A stretch of 64,000 nucleotides of DNA from Eledone cirrhosa (taxonomy: Eukaryota), in assembly GCA_964016885.1 (NCBI GenBank), contig OZ024746.1, positions 29,698,001-29,762,000 of the forward strand, read 5' to 3'. The translations under genes and the position numbers were made by a program. The notes beneath the pieces are model-generated. The model did no database searches. It was not told the DNA's origin and saw only the letters and a list, made by a program, of their open reading frames with translations. Shown piece by piece: positions 60,411 to 64,000 of this stretch; within the stretch, counting starts at the first letter, position 1; each line of letters opens with the position of its first letter.

Positions 60411-62799
60411 TTTAACAAGTATTGGCGCAGATTATAGCTAGCATAACAGCGTCATCTTCTTCTAAAGAAGTCCAATAAGACTGTTTCAGTACCAATCTCA
60501 CATCGCATTAAATATGTATGTTCATTTCTCAATTAATGTCTTTATTATTAAATTGTTATTTCCTTTACCATCCTCACTCCATTTCTCACTCCCTCCCTCA
60601 CATTATATACTCAGGACCTAAAATTGGTTACGTATATTGCCCTTTTCTCATTGAAAACTCACAATGAAAATAATCTTACAGTAGAGTTTAAATAAGTAAA
60701 CACTTCTAGTTGTCTTTGCATTAAATGGAACACGGCAACAATATGAACTCTTGTCTATTGAAGCGGCAATTTGAACTGATATCAACGATTTTATCTGCAT
60801 CTAGGGAATAAACTTAAATAAATAACATGTGATTTAAGCTGAGAGATATTTTTTTTACTCAATAAATATATCATTTCATTCTTTTAATTGCAATCAATCA
60901 GAGATTCGAGGTGAAAGCCAACTGTTGGGAGTTAGATATTATTGCTGCGAGCCAGGTTAGCCGGACAATATCAGGAAATGAAAGACGATTTATATTTTTT
61001 CTTCTTAAATTTGGATTTCTGAAAGTATTTTGACTTTGAAAAGCCAAATTAATTTGAGTAATCATGATTGGCGAAAAGAAATTCAATTCGTTTTAAACGC
61101 AATCATTTCCAATTAAATGTTTCATTTGAAACAGCATAAACTACTAAAAATAATTACCATTTGATGTGCAATCCAACGTCACCACCTTTTGTTCGCCAAG
61201 AAAACGAAATTAAATTTTCTATAGATAATGTCATAGAGCACTCGATGTGTGTAGGTGTGTGCATGTATGTGTGTTTATGTGTGTCCATTTATGTGTATAT
61301 GAGATGTGCATGTGTGTTTATGTATGTGCGTATGTGTCCGTATGTGTGTATAAGAATGAGGTATGTTTGTATGTGCCTGAAAAACGTTTGTATGTGTATG
61401 TGTGTGTGTAAGTGTGTGAGATCTGTACGTATATGTGTGTGTCTACATAATGTGATCCTCCAAATCTGTGATCTGTCCGTATATTTGAGTGTGCCCATGT
61501 CTATTTATGAGAGGTGTTTGTTAATGTGTGTCTGTGTTTTGTGAAAGGTGTATGTGTATGTCTGTATATGTAAGTGGTGTCCCTATGTTGAATGTGACCG
61601 TATGTGTGAGCCTGTGTGTGAAAGCTATATGAACAAGCATTGACAGGTAAGTGAATAATCTAGTGGTTGCCAACAAAGCTACACGGTTGAAGTTTCTGCT
61701 TGGTTACATCAGAAATACTACTTAACTGCTACATTAGTTTATCAGACCGTTCGTATAATTTTTTTTAAATATTGGTAGAAAAGCAGGATTGTTTTTTTGG
61801 TGGGGGTCACACAGATTAATCAATTGAATCAATCCTTATTTGACAGCTATTTGTTCGTTGTGGGTGATGCAAGTTTTAATCAATTAAACTGTACCCTTAC
61901 GTGCCTGTATTATATTTTGTGCGGAGAAACAAGAGTTAATTCAAACGATCTCTTAACTAAATTGTACAAAATTGTACTAAAATATGTGTAAGGGGGATGC
62001 AGGGATTACTCAGTTAAATCTACCCCTTATTTGACACTTGAAGAAAAATTACAGTTGGCTTCAACTTAGAATATAAACAGCTCACAACTAAATACCACAA
62101 GTTATTTTATCTGACTCTTTAACGATTCTGGTTATCGAACATACTAAATATAAATTCCATCATAGACACAAGTAAAAGAAAATGTGGGTGGTGATGATTT
62201 TATCGATTAAATCGACCCTAGAGCAGTGGATTAACGGAAACCAGAGAGTGCTGGATTGTATTTAGTTACACCGCATCATAGTCTGAATTAATTTCCGATG
62301 GGTGTGTGGGGTGAGTGGTATTATTGTTCTCCCTCTGGTTGAGATTGAATAAGTATCAATAATTCATTGCTTATATCGATTATAGTCCTTCCATATATGT
62401 TTGTGGCTTCGATCCAAATGTAAGTGATACATATGGAGAGAATGAGATTAAATAACCTGCAGGATATAATTTCTATTTTTGTTTTCTGAAGCTAAATCCT
62501 AACGGGGTCAACTTTATCTGCTTATAGTTCATATAATTAGAAACACTCAAAGGATAGTGTTGCTTTAGCGAATTATATTTACTCCTTGTGTAAATTGTGT
62601 GAACATTCTCCACCTTATGTTTAGATCGTTGGACGTCCCATCGCGATGTTATGGGTTCAGTTCCTGAACCGAGGTGTACGTTGTGTTCTTAAGCTAAACA
62701 CTTCATCTCAGGTTGTTCCACGTTACTCAGCTGAAATATATACATATGGCAGCTGAAGGTAAGTCCTGCGAAGGACAGGCGTTCCTTCCTTCCTTACTT

Positions 62800-62855
<56 letters not shown>

Positions 62856-63200
62856 GCACTGCAGGTCCCTATGAAGTCTGGTGAGACTCCAGACTCATAG
62901 GCCTCTAGATGTGGGGTAGATGTTAATCCTGTGATGGACTGGCACCCTTTCCAAGGTATAATCTTGTAATCTCGGCCAGTTTATGCCTATGAAAAGTGGA
63001 TAAGATACAACACGATGAGCCTTCGGACTTGGTATAGACTTTAACTACACGAAAGTTAAACTTGTGGCTAAAACATAAAATAATATATTGTATTATTCGG
63101 TGTACAACATGCACACCTTTATACAAATATATATATATATATATATATATATCCGTAGGTGGGAAAAGCAAAGCAGTACTCAGTCAGGTATGACACCTGA

Positions 63201-63358
63201 TATATTGTTATTTGTTTATGTTCATACAGAGAACAAAAGCGCCTGAAAATTAGGTCACAAATTTGATCTGTCTTACAACCTGGAGATATGGTCACACTAT
63301 TGGGCCATGAAATCTATAGGTAGCGCTTTTGTTCCGTGTATGAATATAAAACAATATA
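63201..63358 (+). ncRNA. Hammerhead-like motif with very long stem I and extended stem II, core G8 mutated
   Basis: UUCAUACA..GAACAAAAGCGC-CUGAAAA-[59 nt]-GAAAUCUAUAGGUA-GCGCUUUUGUUC..UGUAUGAA. Confidence 0.65.
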
Positions 63359-63612
63359 TATAGTGTATCTTACTTTCGTATTAAATATCCAAAGCTGGTA
63401 GACCCCCTCAAACTGATGGACTAGTTGCCGTATACAGTTATTTATTACACAATCAGATACGGGTTGCAATCGAACTTACTCAAAACTCCTATAGATGTGG
63501 CAGAAAGCACGCCTAATATTTAAGGATTCTAAAATGGCCAGAATGATGATTTGACTATGAAAAACGTGTCTCCGGCAATCCTTATCAGTTAGTATCATAA
63601 TGTAGTTATTTC

Positions 63613-63743
<131 letters not shown>

Positions 63744-64000
63744 CATGTGTCTCTCTCTCAATATATATGTGATTAAAAAAAAAAAAAAGGGAATTATAAA
63801 TTTTCTAGTGCAAAGCATAAGCGTTGGCATGTTTTTAGACATGCCAAAAAATCAATTAAATGGTAAAATCTGTTAAGTGGTTACATCAGGGGTTATTTTA
63901 AAAGATCTTTTTAAGCATATATGGCAGTGTGTTCCGTTATTTATCATAGAAAGATTGAAAATGTTTAGAAGATTTACGTTGGTCAAAGATCTTTGACTAA

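Overview
AT-rich, microsatellite-saturated eukaryotic DNA with no recognisable host gene. The SINE and MITE types and the long (TA)n/(CA)n/(GA)n tracts resemble a cephalopod, probably Octopus, intergenic or intronic region (inference). Most long ORFs in the supplied track are simple-repeat artefacts. The real coding relics are all transposon-derived: a 5'-truncated L1/Tx1 LINE, two R4/Dong-type RLE 3' ends, RTE fragments, a maT/DD37D-like Tc1-mariner, and at least five Penelope-like elements (PLEs). One PLE is Neptune-like and four are Naiad-like, including a stop-free GIY-YIG frame missed by the ORF track. The main hidden layer is RNA structure. More than 15 hammerhead-ribozyme (HHR) motifs, intact to degenerate, sit in PLE pseudo-LTR pieces; several have very long stem II and palindromic stem III. 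There is also a 524-nt HHR-bounded retrozyme-like unit. Two diverged copies of a 577/604-nt non-coding tandem-unit element in (TA)n show covarying helices but no canonical ribozyme core. All structures were folded by eye and none is experimentally tested.
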